NCBI GenBank assembly: GCA_965220965.1
Contig: OZ244852.1
Coordinates: forward strand, 1,088,001 to 1,152,000
Direction of reading: 5' to 3'
DNA: 64,000 nt
Source of the DNA: Candidatus Marinacidobacterium sp.
GTDB lineage: Bacteria; Acidobacteriota; Vicinamibacteria; Marinacidobacterales; Marinacidobacteraceae
The notes under the pieces are model-generated. The model ran no database searches, was not told the origin of the DNA, and saw nothing but the letters and a program-made list of their open reading frames with translations. Positions 10,106 to 19,906 of the stretch are shown one piece after another. Numbering within the stretch: the first letter of the stretch is position 1; each line of letters begins with the position of its first letter. The translations under genes were made by a program, and so were the position numbers.

Positions 10106-10968
10106 CGGCGACGGCGGCTGCGCTGAGCGCCGTCCTGCTCGCAGCCACCGCGGCGGCCCAGTTCCGGGTCGAGACCCGGGTCGTGCTGGTGGACGTCTCG
10201 GTCACCCGCTCCGGCCCGGTGCGGGACCTGACCGAGGCCGATTTCGAGCTGCGGGTGGACGGGACCCCGACCGAGTTCCGCCTCCTGGATCCCGAGTCGC
10301 TTCCGCTCGCCACGCTCTTCGCCATGGATGTCAGCGCCAGCACCGCCGGAGACCGGCGCCGACGCCTCGCGGCTGGCGCCAGCCGCTTCTCCGACGCGAT
10401 GACCGCCCGGGATGTGTGCGCGGTCGTGGCCTCCTCGATGGAGACCCGCTTCGTGCGGGACTTCGAGCCCTGCGAGGCGGGCGTCCAGAGCGATGTTCTG
10501 GCGCGCGCTCCCCGGGGGGCGACGGCGCTGTGGGACGGCCTGATCCTCTCGCTCGCCGCGCTCCGCACCCGTTCGGAGCGACCGGTGCTGCTCATCTTCA
10601 CCGACGCCGTGGACAACCTGAGCTGGATCCGCGAGGACGATCTGCGGAGGGCGGTCCGGGGTTCGGAGGCGCTGATCTACGCCATCGTGGCGCCGGCGCC
10701 GCGAAGGTCGGCGGCGGTGCGCGTCTCCGACGACGGCTCGCGACTGCTGCGCGACCTGACCAGCGCGACCGGCGGTCGGCTCCTCACGATCCGCTCGGAC
10801 GAGGGGCTGGAAGAAGCCTTCGACGAGATCCTCGCCGAACTCCGCGTGCGCTATGTCCTCGCCTTCACGCCGGAACCGGGACGGGAGGGGTACGTCCCCC
10901 TCGAAGTCCGGGTGAACCGCCCCCGCGTCCAGGTCCGCGCCCGCGACGGCTACACCGCGCGTCCCTGA
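10078..10968 (+). CDS. Exported VWA domain protein (Acidobacterial VWFA-related type); start uncertain (GTG 10078 or CTG 10102)
   Basis: QFRVETRVVLVDVSV, DVSAST, GATALWD, FTDAVD, TGG, ELRVRYVLAF, VRARDGY. Confidence 0.8.
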   Translation: MASQPRPSLTATAAALSAVLLAATAAAQFRVETRVVLVDVSVTRSGPVRDLTEADFELRVDGTPTEFRLLDPESLPLATLFAMDVSASTAGDRRRRLAAGASRFSDAMTARDVCAVVASSMETRFVRDFEPCEAGVQSDVLARAPRGATALWDGLILSLAALRTRSERPVLLIFTDAVDNLSWIREDDLRRAVRGSEALIYAIVAPAPRRSAAVRVSDDGSRLLRDLTSATGGRLLTIRSDEGLEEAFDEILAELRVRYVLAFTPEPGREGYVPLEVRVNRPRVQVRARDGYTARP

Positions 10969-11016
10969 GCGCGGCGCCCGGGCGCCCGGCGAAAGGGCCG
11001 GAGTCCTGACGTCCGC

Positions 11017-11454
11017 TCAGCCCGCGACCGGCTCGCCGGCGAGGCGGGCGGTCCACGCAAAGCGGGTCTCGCGGTTCAGGCTGTGGAGCACGCTGCAGTA
11101 CTTGTCGAAGGACAGCGCGACCGCGCGGTCGAGCCGCTCGGGAGTCACCGCGGCCCCCTCGGCTTCGAACTCGAGCGTGACCTGATCGAAGCTGCGCGGG
11201 TGCTCGTCGCGGCGGGTTCCCGCAACCCGGCCGGTGAGGCGGTCCGGCTCGGCGCGCATCCGCTGGAGGATCATGACGATGTCGATCGCCATGCACCCGG
11301 CGAGCGCGGCGAGGAGCGCCTCCATCGGGGAGGGTCCCGCCTGCGCGTCGCTGTCGAGCGTCACCCGGGCGTCGGACGGGGTGGTCACCGAGTAGGTGGT
11401 CCCGCCGTCCCAACGGATCCCGATCTCCATGTTGGTTTTCCGGTCGGCCGCCAT
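11017..11454 (-). CDS. OsmC family protein
   Basis: GPSPMEALLAALAGC ... DKYCSV two-Cys motif. Confidence 0.9.
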   Translation of the reverse strand: MAADRKTNMEIGIRWDGGTTYSVTTPSDARVTLDSDAQAGPSPMEALLAALAGCMAIDIVMILQRMRAEPDRLTGRVAGTRRDEHPRSFDQVTLEFEAEGAAVTPERLDRAVALSFDKYCSVLHSLNRETRFAWTARLAGEPVAG

Positions 11455-11463
11455 GATCTCCCC

Positions 11464-12705
11464 CTAGCGTTCCCGCCGGAGCACGAGCACCGCGTTCGTC
11501 CCCCCGAACCCGAAGGAGTTCGAGAGCGCCCACTCGGCGTCGGTGGCCGTCGGCGCCAATACCGGCGGGTACTCCTCGAGTTCCGGATCGAGCGGCTGGG
11601 CGTTCACCGAGGGGGCGAGCCAGCCTTCGCGCAGCATGAGCAAAGTGAAGGCGGCCTCGAGCGCGCCCGCCGCCGAGACGGTGTGGCAGGTGTAGCCCTT
11701 CGTTGACGAGTAGGGGACGAGCCGCTCCCCGAACACCCCCCGGATCGCCCGCACTTCCGAGGGGTCCCCGAGCGGCGTCGAGGTGCCGTGGGTGTTGATG
11801 TAGCCGATCCGCTCCGCAGGCAGCCGGGCGTGCCGCAGCGCCCGCCGCATCGCCAGACCGGCCCCCTCGGCGTCCGGCGCGACCATGTTGCCGGCGCCGT
11901 CGGAGGACATCCCGTAGCCGGCGATCACGCCGAGGATCTCGGCGCCGCGCCGCTCGGCCGACTCCCGCGACTCGAGCGCGAACACTCCGGCGCCCTCGCC
12001 GAAGATGAAGCCGGCGCGATCGGCGGCGTAGGGCCGCGAGGCCTTCTCCGGCCGGTGGTTGTCCACCCGGGTGTAGGCCCGCATCGAGTCGAACCCCAGA
12101 TGGAAGTGGACATCCTCGGCTTCGACCCCGCCGGCGAGGGCGTGGTCCACGACCCCCTCCCGGATCCAGCCGGCCGCGACCGCGATGTTGTAGCCGCCGC
12201 CGGCGCACGCCGCGGTCGCCGAGAACGACGGACCCCGCGCCTTCAGGAGGGTGGCCAGATTCGCGGAGGGAGTGGAGGCCATGATCTTGGGGATCGTCGT
12301 CGGCGACACCCGGACCCGCCCGCCGCGATCCACCCGCCGGACGACCTCCCGGTGGGTCTCGATCTCGCCAGTCCCGCTGCCGACGACGACCGCGGCGTCG
12401 CGGGTCGGCATCCCCGACTCTTCGAGCGCCATGCGCGCCGCCGCCACCCCGAGCAGCGACATGCGCCCCATGAACCGCGCCTGGGAGCGGTCCACCCCCA
12501 GGTCCTTCGGGTCGAGCGCGTCGCGATAGGCGCCGACGAGCTGGCACCCGGTGCCGAGCTCGACGCCCGGCTGGTAGACCGAACAGGGGACCTCGGTCCC
12601 CGCGCGCAGGGTCTCGCGGTGGACTTCGACCCCGGTCCCGACCTGCGACAGAAGGCCCATCCCGGTGACCACCGGGTCCCGGGGCGAAAGCGAAGGATCG
12701 GTCAA
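11464..12705 (-). CDS. Beta-ketoacyl-ACP synthase (FabB/FabF family)
   Basis: TAACAGG (Cys), INTHGTST (His), KGYTCHT (His), SNSFGFGGTN. Confidence 0.9.
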   Translation of the reverse strand: MTDPSLSPRDPVVTGMGLLSQVGTGVEVHRETLRAGTEVPCSVYQPGVELGTGCQLVGAYRDALDPKDLGVDRSQARFMGRMSLLGVAAARMALEESGMPTRDAAVVVGSGTGEIETHREVVRRVDRGGRVRVSPTTIPKIMASTPSANLATLLKARGPSFSATAACAGGGYNIAVAAGWIREGVVDHALAGGVEAEDVHFHLGFDSMRAYTRVDNHRPEKASRPYAADRAGFIFGEGAGVFALESRESAERRGAEILGVIAGYGMSSDGAGNMVAPDAEGAGLAMRRALRHARLPAERIGYINTHGTSTPLGDPSEVRAIRGVFGERLVPYSSTKGYTCHTVSAAGALEAAFTLLMLREGWLAPSVNAQPLDPELEEYPPVLAPTATDAEWALSNSFGFGGTNAVLVLRRER

Positions 12706-12807
12706 GACGGCGGCGGGCGACTGGGGTGACTAGCGCGGCGGGCGCGCCGTTTGCTTGTCGGTACGATACTTCGTTCCCGCCGCGAGACCTTCGCAAAACC
12801 CTCCTCC

Positions 12808-13812
12808 ATGCTCTCCGCTTCGATGCTTCGCCTCCTGCCCGCCGTCCTGCTCGGGTCGTTCCTGCTCGCGCCGGGTCCGGCCCACGGCCAGCCCCGACTC
12901 GATGGGGACCGCTACCTCGCGCTTCTCGGCGAGACCCGCGGCGGCCTCTTCATCACCTCGGGCCGGGCGCTCGCCGGCTACGCCGGCGCCTCGGTCGAGC
13001 CGGTCGTCGAGGGGTTCCTCGCCTCGGGACCGCAGCCGCTCGTTCTCAGGACCGCCGCCATCCTCCACACCGAGGCCGCCTTCCTCTCGAACGCCGCCGC
13101 GGAGGTCCACCTCGAGATGGCGCGGCGCCTGCTTCGCGCGCTTCCCGACCCGGCGGACCGGGAGGCCTGGCTCCGGCGGTGGTGGCTCGCGGTCTGTTAT
13201 TCGTACCACGTCTCGCTGAACTCCACCGCCGGCGTGGCCGCGTTCGACAGCGCCCTCGAGGATCTCCCCGGCGACCGCGAGATCCGCATCGCCCAGGCGG
13301 CGATGCTCCAGATGGCGGGCCGGCAGCGCGAGGAGACCGCCTACCTGATCGCGGGCGGGAACGCCCTGCTCGCGCTCCTCGAGGAGACGCCCGAGGACGC
13401 CGACCTCCGGGTCCGGGTGGCGGCGGTGCGGCTCGATCTCGGCGACCCGGACAGCGCCGAGGCCGAACTCGAGCGCCTGGGCGACGCCCGCCTCACGCCG
13501 CTCACCCGGGTCGCCTCGATGCTGATCCGCGGCGAGATCGCGCTCGCCCGCGAGCGGTGGGAAGAGGCCGAGAACCACTTCGCCTCGGCGGTGCGACGGG
13601 CGCGCCGATCCCCCGCCGCGGTCTCGGGCCTCGTCACCGCCCGCCTCGCGCTCGGGGACGCCGCGGGCGCAAGCGAGGCCGCCTTGGCCCTTCTCGACCG
13701 GCCCGCCGTCGGGTGGGAGCCCGAGTGGCAGTACTGGCTCGGCCCGGCGCTCGATTTCCAGGAGATGTTCAACGAGATGAAGGCCGAGATCCGCGCCGCG
13801 GGGCAGCCGTGA
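12808..13812 (+). CDS. Exported TPR-like protein
   Basis: Signal peptide (LLPAVLLGSFLLAPGPAHG), helical repeats, EPEWQYWLG C-terminus; coupled to a VWA gene. Confidence 0.65.
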   Translation: MLSASMLRLLPAVLLGSFLLAPGPAHGQPRLDGDRYLALLGETRGGLFITSGRALAGYAGASVEPVVEGFLASGPQPLVLRTAAILHTEAAFLSNAAAEVHLEMARRLLRALPDPADREAWLRRWWLAVCYSYHVSLNSTAGVAAFDSALEDLPGDREIRIAQAAMLQMAGRQREETAYLIAGGNALLALLEETPEDADLRVRVAAVRLDLGDPDSAEAELERLGDARLTPLTRVASMLIRGEIALARERWEEAENHFASAVRRARRSPAAVSGLVTARLALGDAAGASEAALALLDRPAVGWEPEWQYWLGPALDFQEMFNEMKAEIRAAGQP

Positions 13813-14798
13813 CGCCCCGCCTCCGGCGGACGCCGGTTCTCCTCCCCGCGTCCATCGTCCTCGGCATCGCCTCCGGCGCGGCGGCGCAGAACGAGGGGGC
13901 GCCCTCCGCCCCCGCCGAGGTCCGGGTGGAGGTCCTCGTCGAGGACGGCGACCGGCCCATCGAAATCCGGGACGCCGCGAACCTCTCGCTCCTGGTCGGC
14001 GAGACCCCCGTCCCGTTCGAGTGGACTCCGGACGAACCGCTGTCGGTCGCGGTCGTGTTCGACCTGAGCTCGAGCGTCACCGGGGACCGGCTGCGCGCGG
14101 CGGTCGCCGGCGCGCAGAGCCTGTTCGGGGCGCTCTCCGGCGAGGACCGCTGCGCGCTCCTGACCTTCACGAGATCCACGAACCTGGTCTCGGGCTGGGA
14201 CGCCGGCTGCCCCGCCGCCGCGGCGGCCGCCGGGGAACTGCGCAGCGGCGGGCCCTCCGCGCTGAACAACGCCGTCCTCCTCGCGCTCGGGCTGCTCGCC
14301 GAGGCGCCGGGCCGGCCGGTGCTCGTGGTGTTCACCGACGGGGTGGACGGCGCGAGCTGGCCGCGCGACACCTGGCCGCTGGTCGCCGCCACCGGGCACA
14401 CCCCGCTCGTCATGGCGATCACCGCTCCCGCCGCCCGTGGGGCCGGCGGAGTCGGCGGGGTCTACGGCACGGTCAGCCGCGAGGACCTCGCGAACCAGAT
14501 CACCTTCGAGGGGCGGAACCTCCAGGACCAGGGCCGCGACCTCCGCGGCCTCCGCAACACGGACCCCTACTGGGCGCTCGAGGAGCTGGCGCGCCGCAGC
14601 GGCGGGGAACTGGTCCGCACCGACGGCGCCCCCGAGGCGCTCGAGGCCGCGCTCTCCGGGATCCTCGACGCGGTTCGCCTGCGGGCGTCGCTGCGCTTCA
14701 CCCCTCCGCCCGGAACCCCCGCCGGCTGGCATCCGCTCACGGTGCGCGCGAGCGTCGGAGAAGCGCGCCACCGTCCGGGGTTCGCCTGGCGGGAGTGA
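13809..14798 (+). CDS. Exported VWA domain protein (Acidobacterial type)
   Basis: GTGA overlap; DLSSSV, GPSALNN, FTDGVD, SGG, RHRPGF. Confidence 0.78.
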   Translation: MTPRLRRTPVLLPASIVLGIASGAAAQNEGAPSAPAEVRVEVLVEDGDRPIEIRDAANLSLLVGETPVPFEWTPDEPLSVAVVFDLSSSVTGDRLRAAVAGAQSLFGALSGEDRCALLTFTRSTNLVSGWDAGCPAAAAAAGELRSGGPSALNNAVLLALGLLAEAPGRPVLVVFTDGVDGASWPRDTWPLVAATGHTPLVMAITAPAARGAGGVGGVYGTVSREDLANQITFEGRNLQDQGRDLRGLRNTDPYWALEELARRSGGELVRTDGAPEALEAALSGILDAVRLRASLRFTPPPGTPAGWHPLTVRASVGEARHRPGFAWRE

Positions 14799-15898
14799 GC
14801 CGGCTCCCCCCGGGCGGCCTTCGCGGCCGCGGCGCTGTCTCGAACCCCACCGCGCGGTTCGAGGCGGTCCGGGAAGAAGCGTTCGACGACGGCTGGACGC
14901 CGGACGAGGTCCCGGACCGGGTTCCCACCGAGGTCCTCTTCGACCGCACGAAGACGATCATCGCGAGGAACGACTCGCCCGACGTCCCGTTCGACCGGTC
15001 GGTGAACCCCTACCGGGGCTGCGAACACGGCTGCGTCTACTGCTTCGCCCGCCCGAGCCACGCCTGGCTCGGGTTTTCGCCGGGGCTCGACTTCGAGACG
15101 AAGATCATGGCGAAGCGGAGCGCGGCGGACCTCCTCCGCCGCGAACTCCGCCGCCCCGCCTACCGGCCGGCGCCGCTGGCGCTCGGATCGAACACCGACC
15201 CCTACCAGCCGATCGAGCGCGAGCTGCGCATCACCCGGGGCGTCCTCGAAGTGCTCGCCGAGGCCCGGCACCCCACCGGGGTCGTCACCAAGTCCGCGCT
15301 CGTGCTGCGGGACCTCGACCTGCTGGTCCCGATGGCCGAAGAGGGACTCGTCCGGGTCATGGTCTCGATCACGACGCTCGACCGGGAGCTCGCCCGCCGG
15401 ATGGAGCCGCGCGCCGCGACCCCCGGACGGCGGCTGGACACCGTCCGCGCCCTCGCCGAGGCGGGCGTCCCGGTCGGCGTGCTGGCGTCGCCGATGATCC
15501 CGGCGCTGAACGATCCGGAACTCGAGGCGATCCTCGAAGCGGCCCGCGACGCCGGCGCCGACGCCGCCGGCTACATCCTTCTGCGCCTCCCGCTGGAGAT
15601 CAAGGATCTCTTCGGCGAATGGCTCGAGACCCATTACCCGACGAAGGCCTCGCGGGTCGAGGCGCTGCTCCGCGACGCGCGTCAGGGCGCGCTCTACCAG
15701 GCGCGGTTCGGAGAGCGGATGAAGGGGCAGGGGCCCTACGCCGAACTCCTCGCCACCCGCTTCCGGGTCGCCGTCCGCCGGCTTGGACTGAACGCCGAGG
15801 CGCCTCCGCTCCGCGCCGACCGCTTCCGGCCGCCCCGCGCCCCCGGCGCTCCGCGTACCCTGTTCGACCCCGTGAAGGAGACCCCGCATGCGACCTGA
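14795..15898 (+). CDS. PA0069/Rv2578c family radical SAM protein (SplB-like)
   Basis: NPYRGCEHGCVYCFARPSH (CxxxCxxC), NTDPYQPIE, LLRLPLE; GTGA overlap start. Confidence 0.92.
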   Translation: MSRLPPGGLRGRGAVSNPTARFEAVREEAFDDGWTPDEVPDRVPTEVLFDRTKTIIARNDSPDVPFDRSVNPYRGCEHGCVYCFARPSHAWLGFSPGLDFETKIMAKRSAADLLRRELRRPAYRPAPLALGSNTDPYQPIERELRITRGVLEVLAEARHPTGVVTKSALVLRDLDLLVPMAEEGLVRVMVSITTLDRELARRMEPRAATPGRRLDTVRALAEAGVPVGVLASPMIPALNDPELEAILEAARDAGADAAGYILLRLPLEIKDLFGEWLETHYPTKASRVEALLRDARQGALYQARFGERMKGQGPYAELLATRFRVAVRRLGLNAEAPPLRADRFRPPRAPGAPRTLFDPVKETPHAT

Positions 15899-17093
15899 CG
15901 CCCTCCTGCTCCCCCCTCTCGCGCTCCTGCTCGTCCCGCTGCTGTTCGCCGCCGCCGCGTTCGCCCAGGAGAGCCGTCCCCGGGCCCGGGACCTCGGCGT
16001 TCCCTTCGACGGCGCGCCGGGGCCGCTGAACGCGATCACCGACGTGGCGGGCATCGAGGTCGGCCACCACACGATCATCCGGGGCGAGGGCGCGCTCCGC
16101 GTGGGCGAGGGCCCGGTGCGCACCGGCGTCACCGCGATCCTCCCGCGGGGCCGCGAGAGCCGGGGGCGGGTCTTCGCCGCGTGGTTCACGCTGAACGGCA
16201 ACGGCGAGATGACCGGCACGACCTGGCTCCGGGACCGGGGCATCCTCGAGGGCGCGGTCATGATCACGAACACCCACAGCGTGGGCGCGGTCCACGAGGC
16301 CACGATCGCCTGGGCCCAGCAGAACCTCGAGGCGCCCGACTGGAGCCTCCCGGTGGTGGCCGAGACCTGGGACGGGTTCCTGAACGACATCAACGGCTTC
16401 CACGTGCGCGAGGAGCACGTCTTCGCCGCGCTCGACTCGGCGCAGGGCGGCCCGGTCGAGGAGGGCTCGGTCGGGGGCGGGACCGGGATGCGCACGTTCG
16501 GGTTCAAGGCCGGGATCGGGACCTCCTCCCGCCGGATCGAAGTCGCCGGGCGGACCTACACCGTCGGGGTCCTCGTCCAGTCCAACTTCGGGAGCCGCCA
16601 GCTCATGACGGTCGCCGGGGTTCCGGTGGGTCGCGAGATCCCCGATCTGACTCCCGAGCTGGGGCCGCACGACGCCCCCCGGCCGGAAGACGCGGCGGGG
16701 GATTCGGACCGCGACGGCTCGATCATCATCGTCGCCGCCACCGACGCCCCGCTCCTCCCGCACCAGCTCGACCGGTTCATCCGCCGCGCCTCGCTGGCGC
16801 TCGGCCGGGTGGGCAGCATCGCCTCGAACGGCTCCGGCGACATCTTCGTGGCGTTTTCCACCGCGAACATGGAAGCGGCCCACAACGAGGAAGGCGTGGC
16901 GCCGCTCGAGAACCTGGCCAACAACGACATCAACCCGTTCTTCGAGGCGATCGTCCAGGCGACCGAGGAGTCCATCGTGAACGCGCTGGTCGCCGCCGAG
17001 GACATGGTCGGGGTGAACGGCCGGCGGACCTACGCGATCCCCCACGACCGGCTCCGCTCCATCCTGCGCCGCTACAACCGGCTCATCGAGTAG
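15888..17093 (+). CDS. dmpA: DmpA/P1 family (S58) aminopeptidase, exported
   Basis: NAITDVAG, NGNGEMTG, PVVAETWDG, DG|SII autoprocessing site, GSGDI. Confidence 0.9.
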   Translation: MRPDALLLPPLALLLVPLLFAAAAFAQESRPRARDLGVPFDGAPGPLNAITDVAGIEVGHHTIIRGEGALRVGEGPVRTGVTAILPRGRESRGRVFAAWFTLNGNGEMTGTTWLRDRGILEGAVMITNTHSVGAVHEATIAWAQQNLEAPDWSLPVVAETWDGFLNDINGFHVREEHVFAALDSAQGGPVEEGSVGGGTGMRTFGFKAGIGTSSRRIEVAGRTYTVGVLVQSNFGSRQLMTVAGVPVGREIPDLTPELGPHDAPRPEDAAGDSDRDGSIIIVAATDAPLLPHQLDRFIRRASLALGRVGSIASNGSGDIFVAFSTANMEAAHNEEGVAPLENLANNDINPFFEAIVQATEESIVNALVAAEDMVGVNGRRTYAIPHDRLRSILRRYNRLIE

Positions 17094-17140
17094 GCGCGGG
17101 AGCCGGGCGCCACGGCGGCGGCCCATAGACTCGCCAGATC

Positions 17141-17638
17141 ATGGCCCCCGCCGATCCCGAGCGCCCGACCCACGCTCTGTGGCGCTGGCTCGAGGGGGCG
17201 GCGGCGCTCGCGCTCGGGCTCATGTCGGCGCTGGTGATCTACCAGGTCGCGGCCCGCTATCTGTTTGACAGCCCCCCGAGCTGGACCGAGGAGCTGGCCC
17301 GCTACCTCCAGGTCTGGCTCGTCCTGCTGGCGGCGCCAGTCTGCCTCCGGCGGGGCATGCACCTCGCGGTGGACCTGCTCACGCCGCGCCTCCCCGCCTT
17401 CGCGGGGTCGCTCGTCCGGGCGGCCATCCTCGCGCTGGTCGGCGGCTTCGGCCTCATCTTCGCGGTCCAGGGCGTCCGCCTTCTCCGCATCGCCGCCCTC
17501 CAGACCTCGCCGGCGCTCGGGATCTCGATGATCTGGCCCTACCTGGCGCTCCCGCTCTGCGGCGCGCTGATCGCGCTCGCCGCCGCGGCCCGGATCGCCG
17601 CATCCCGAGGGGAGGGGAGGCCCCCGGACGGCGCGTGA
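17141..17638 (+). CDS. dctQ: TRAP transporter small permease
   Basis: WTEELARYL, HLAVD, four TM helices. Confidence 0.9.
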   Translation: MAPADPERPTHALWRWLEGAAALALGLMSALVIYQVAARYLFDSPPSWTEELARYLQVWLVLLAAPVCLRRGMHLAVDLLTPRLPAFAGSLVRAAILALVGGFGLIFAVQGVRLLRIAALQTSPALGISMIWPYLALPLCGALIALAAAARIAASRGEGRPPDGA

Positions 17639-18915
17639 TCCCGGCGCTCTTCATCACCCTCGCGGTCCTGCTGGTGCTGGGCGCACCGGTGGCCTTCGCC
17701 ATCGGGCTCAGCGGGATAGCGGCGCTCCTCGCCGAGGGTCAGCTACCGTACGCGCTGCTCCCCCAGCGCGCCTTCGCCGCGCTGAACTCGTGGGCGCTCA
17801 TGGCGGTGCCGCTCTTCATCTTCGCCGGCGAGCTCATGAACGCCTGCGGGATCTCGCGCCGGGCGGTGGCCATCGTGGGCCGGCTCCGGGGCGGGCTCCC
17901 CATCGTCTCGGTGGTGGCTTCGATGTTCTTCGCGAGCATCTCAGGGAGCTCCAGCGCGAGCACCGCCGCGGTGGGCGCGATGATGATCCCGGCGATGCGC
18001 GAGCGCGGCTACCCGACCGGGTTCGCCGCCGCGCTCCAGGCCGCTGGCGGGGCGCTCGGCCCGATCATCCCGCCCAGCATCATCATGATCGTGATGGGCT
18101 ACGTGACCGGCACATCGATCGCGGCGCTCTTCATCGGGGGCGTCGTCCCCGGCTTTCTGATGGCCGGCGCGCTGGTCGCGGTGAGCTACGGCAGGGCCCG
18201 TACCCACGAGACGGCGGCCCCGCCTCCGTCGGCCGACGACCAGGGCGGGGGAGGGCTGGGGCGCGCGCTCTTCGGCGCGCTCCCGGCGATCGGCATGCCG
18301 GTCGTCGTCCTCGGCGGGATCCTCGCCGGGGTGTTCACCGCGACCGAGGCCGCCGGGGTCGCGGTCGCCTACGGCCTGGTCGTGGGCCTGTTCGTCTACC
18401 GCGAGCTGCGACTTCGCCAGTTGGGCCCGCTGCTGGTGAGCGCGGCGCTTCGCTCGTGCGTCGTGCTGTTCGTCGCCACCAGCGCGTTCCTGTTCGCCTG
18501 GCTGATCGCAGTGGGCCGGGTTCCGGAAGCGGTGGGCGGCCAGATCGAGGCAGTGGCGGGGAGCCCGCTGGCGTTCCTGCTGCTCGCGAACGTGATCCTC
18601 ATCGTCGTCGGGATGTTCATGGAGTCCATCTCCGCGATCATCGTGATCATGCCGATCCTGTTTCCGCTGGCGATGGCGCTCGGCGTGGACCCGGTGCACT
18701 TCGGCGTGCTGGCTTCGGTCAACTTCTGCATCGGCATGGTCACGCCGCCCTACGGCGCGACGCTCTTCGTCGCCTGCACGGTCGCCGGCCGGAGCATCGG
18801 CCAGGTCGCCGGCTGGACTCTCCGGCCGGTGCTGGCGATGGTCGCGGTGCTCGGCCTGATCACCGTGTTCCCGGACACGGTTCTGGTGCTGCCGCGATGG
18901 CTGGGACTGCTGTGA
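17635..18915 (+). CDS. dctM: TRAP transporter large permease
   Basis: AVPLFIFAG, ISGSS, IIPPS, TATEA, DPVHFG, TPPYG. Confidence 0.93.
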   Translation: MIPALFITLAVLLVLGAPVAFAIGLSGIAALLAEGQLPYALLPQRAFAALNSWALMAVPLFIFAGELMNACGISRRAVAIVGRLRGGLPIVSVVASMFFASISGSSSASTAAVGAMMIPAMRERGYPTGFAAALQAAGGALGPIIPPSIIMIVMGYVTGTSIAALFIGGVVPGFLMAGALVAVSYGRARTHETAAPPPSADDQGGGGLGRALFGALPAIGMPVVVLGGILAGVFTATEAAGVAVAYGLVVGLFVYRELRLRQLGPLLVSAALRSCVVLFVATSAFLFAWLIAVGRVPEAVGGQIEAVAGSPLAFLLLANVILIVVGMFMESISAIIVIMPILFPLAMALGVDPVHFGVLASVNFCIGMVTPPYGATLFVACTVAGRSIGQVAGWTLRPVLAMVAVLGLITVFPDTVLVLPRWLGLL

Positions 18916-19901
18916 GATCCACCGTCGGGCTGCTCGTCGCCGCGGCCGCGCTCTTCGCGGCCTGCGGGGGCGGGGACGCCCGGACGATCACGATCCGGGC
19001 CAGCTCCAGCTCCGCCGCGAACGAACCCATGGTCCTCGGGCTCGAGCGCTTCGGCGAGGAACTGGCCGCCGCCACCGACGGGCGGATCCGGGTGGAGGTC
19101 TACCCGAACAACGCCCTCGGCAACGAGCGGGACGTCCTCGAGCTGGCGATCCTGGGCGCGGTCGAAGTGACCGCTCCTTCGAACGCGCCGCTCGCGACGT
19201 TCGTCCCCGAGATGCTCGTCTTCGACCTGCCCTACCTGTTCCGCGACCGCCGCCACATGTACGAGGTCCTCGACGGCCCCATCGGGCGCGGGTTCGAGGG
19301 CCCGGTGGCGGAGCGCGGGCTCGTGCTGCTGGGCTACTTCGAGGCGGGACTCCGCCACCTGATGACCCGCGACCGACGGGTCGAGGGGGTCGGGGACCTC
19401 GCCGGCCTGAAGATCCGGACGATGGAGAACCCCCTCCACCTGCGCGCCTTCGAAGCCTTCGGCGCCAGCCCGCTCCCGATGGCCTACGGGGAGGTCTACA
19501 CCGCGCTCGAGCAGGGGGTCATCGACGGGGCGGAGGCGGCGCCCTCGAACTACTTCGCGAAGCGCTTCCATGAGGTCGCTCCCCACTGGTCCGAGATCGG
19601 CTGGATGTACCTCGTGTCGCCGCTGGTGATGAGCCGGCGCTTCCATGACGGCCTCACCCCCGAGGACCGGGAGGCGGTCCACGAGGCCGCGAGGCGAGCG
19701 ATCGACTTCGAGCGCGCCGAGTATCAGCGCCAGGACGAGGCGGCCATCACCCGGCTGAAGGCCGAGGGAGTCGAATTCTCGAGCCCCGACCGGAGCGCGC
19801 TCATGGAGCTGGCCCGCCAGGTCTGGCGGGACGCCTCCGACCGGGTCGACCCCGAGGTCGTCGAGGCGATCACCGGCCAGGGGGCGGGGGAGTCCCGCTG
19901 A
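18912..19901 (+). CDS. dctP: TRAP substrate-binding lipoprotein
   Basis: GTGA overlap; lipobox FAAC, DLPYLF, GLKIRTM, EVYTALEQGVIDGAE. Confidence 0.9.
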   Translation: MRSTVGLLVAAAALFAACGGGDARTITIRASSSSAANEPMVLGLERFGEELAAATDGRIRVEVYPNNALGNERDVLELAILGAVEVTAPSNAPLATFVPEMLVFDLPYLFRDRRHMYEVLDGPIGRGFEGPVAERGLVLLGYFEAGLRHLMTRDRRVEGVGDLAGLKIRTMENPLHLRAFEAFGASPLPMAYGEVYTALEQGVIDGAEAAPSNYFAKRFHEVAPHWSEIGWMYLVSPLVMSRRFHDGLTPEDREAVHEAARRAIDFERAEYQRQDEAAITRLKAEGVEFSSPDRSALMELARQVWRDASDRVDPEVVEAITGQGAGESR

Positions 19902-19906
19902 CCCGC

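Noticed and set aside
17853-17890. Apparent short in-frame deletion in DctM (SRRAVAIVGR)
   Set aside because: It may be natural variation; the frame and all other motifs are intact.
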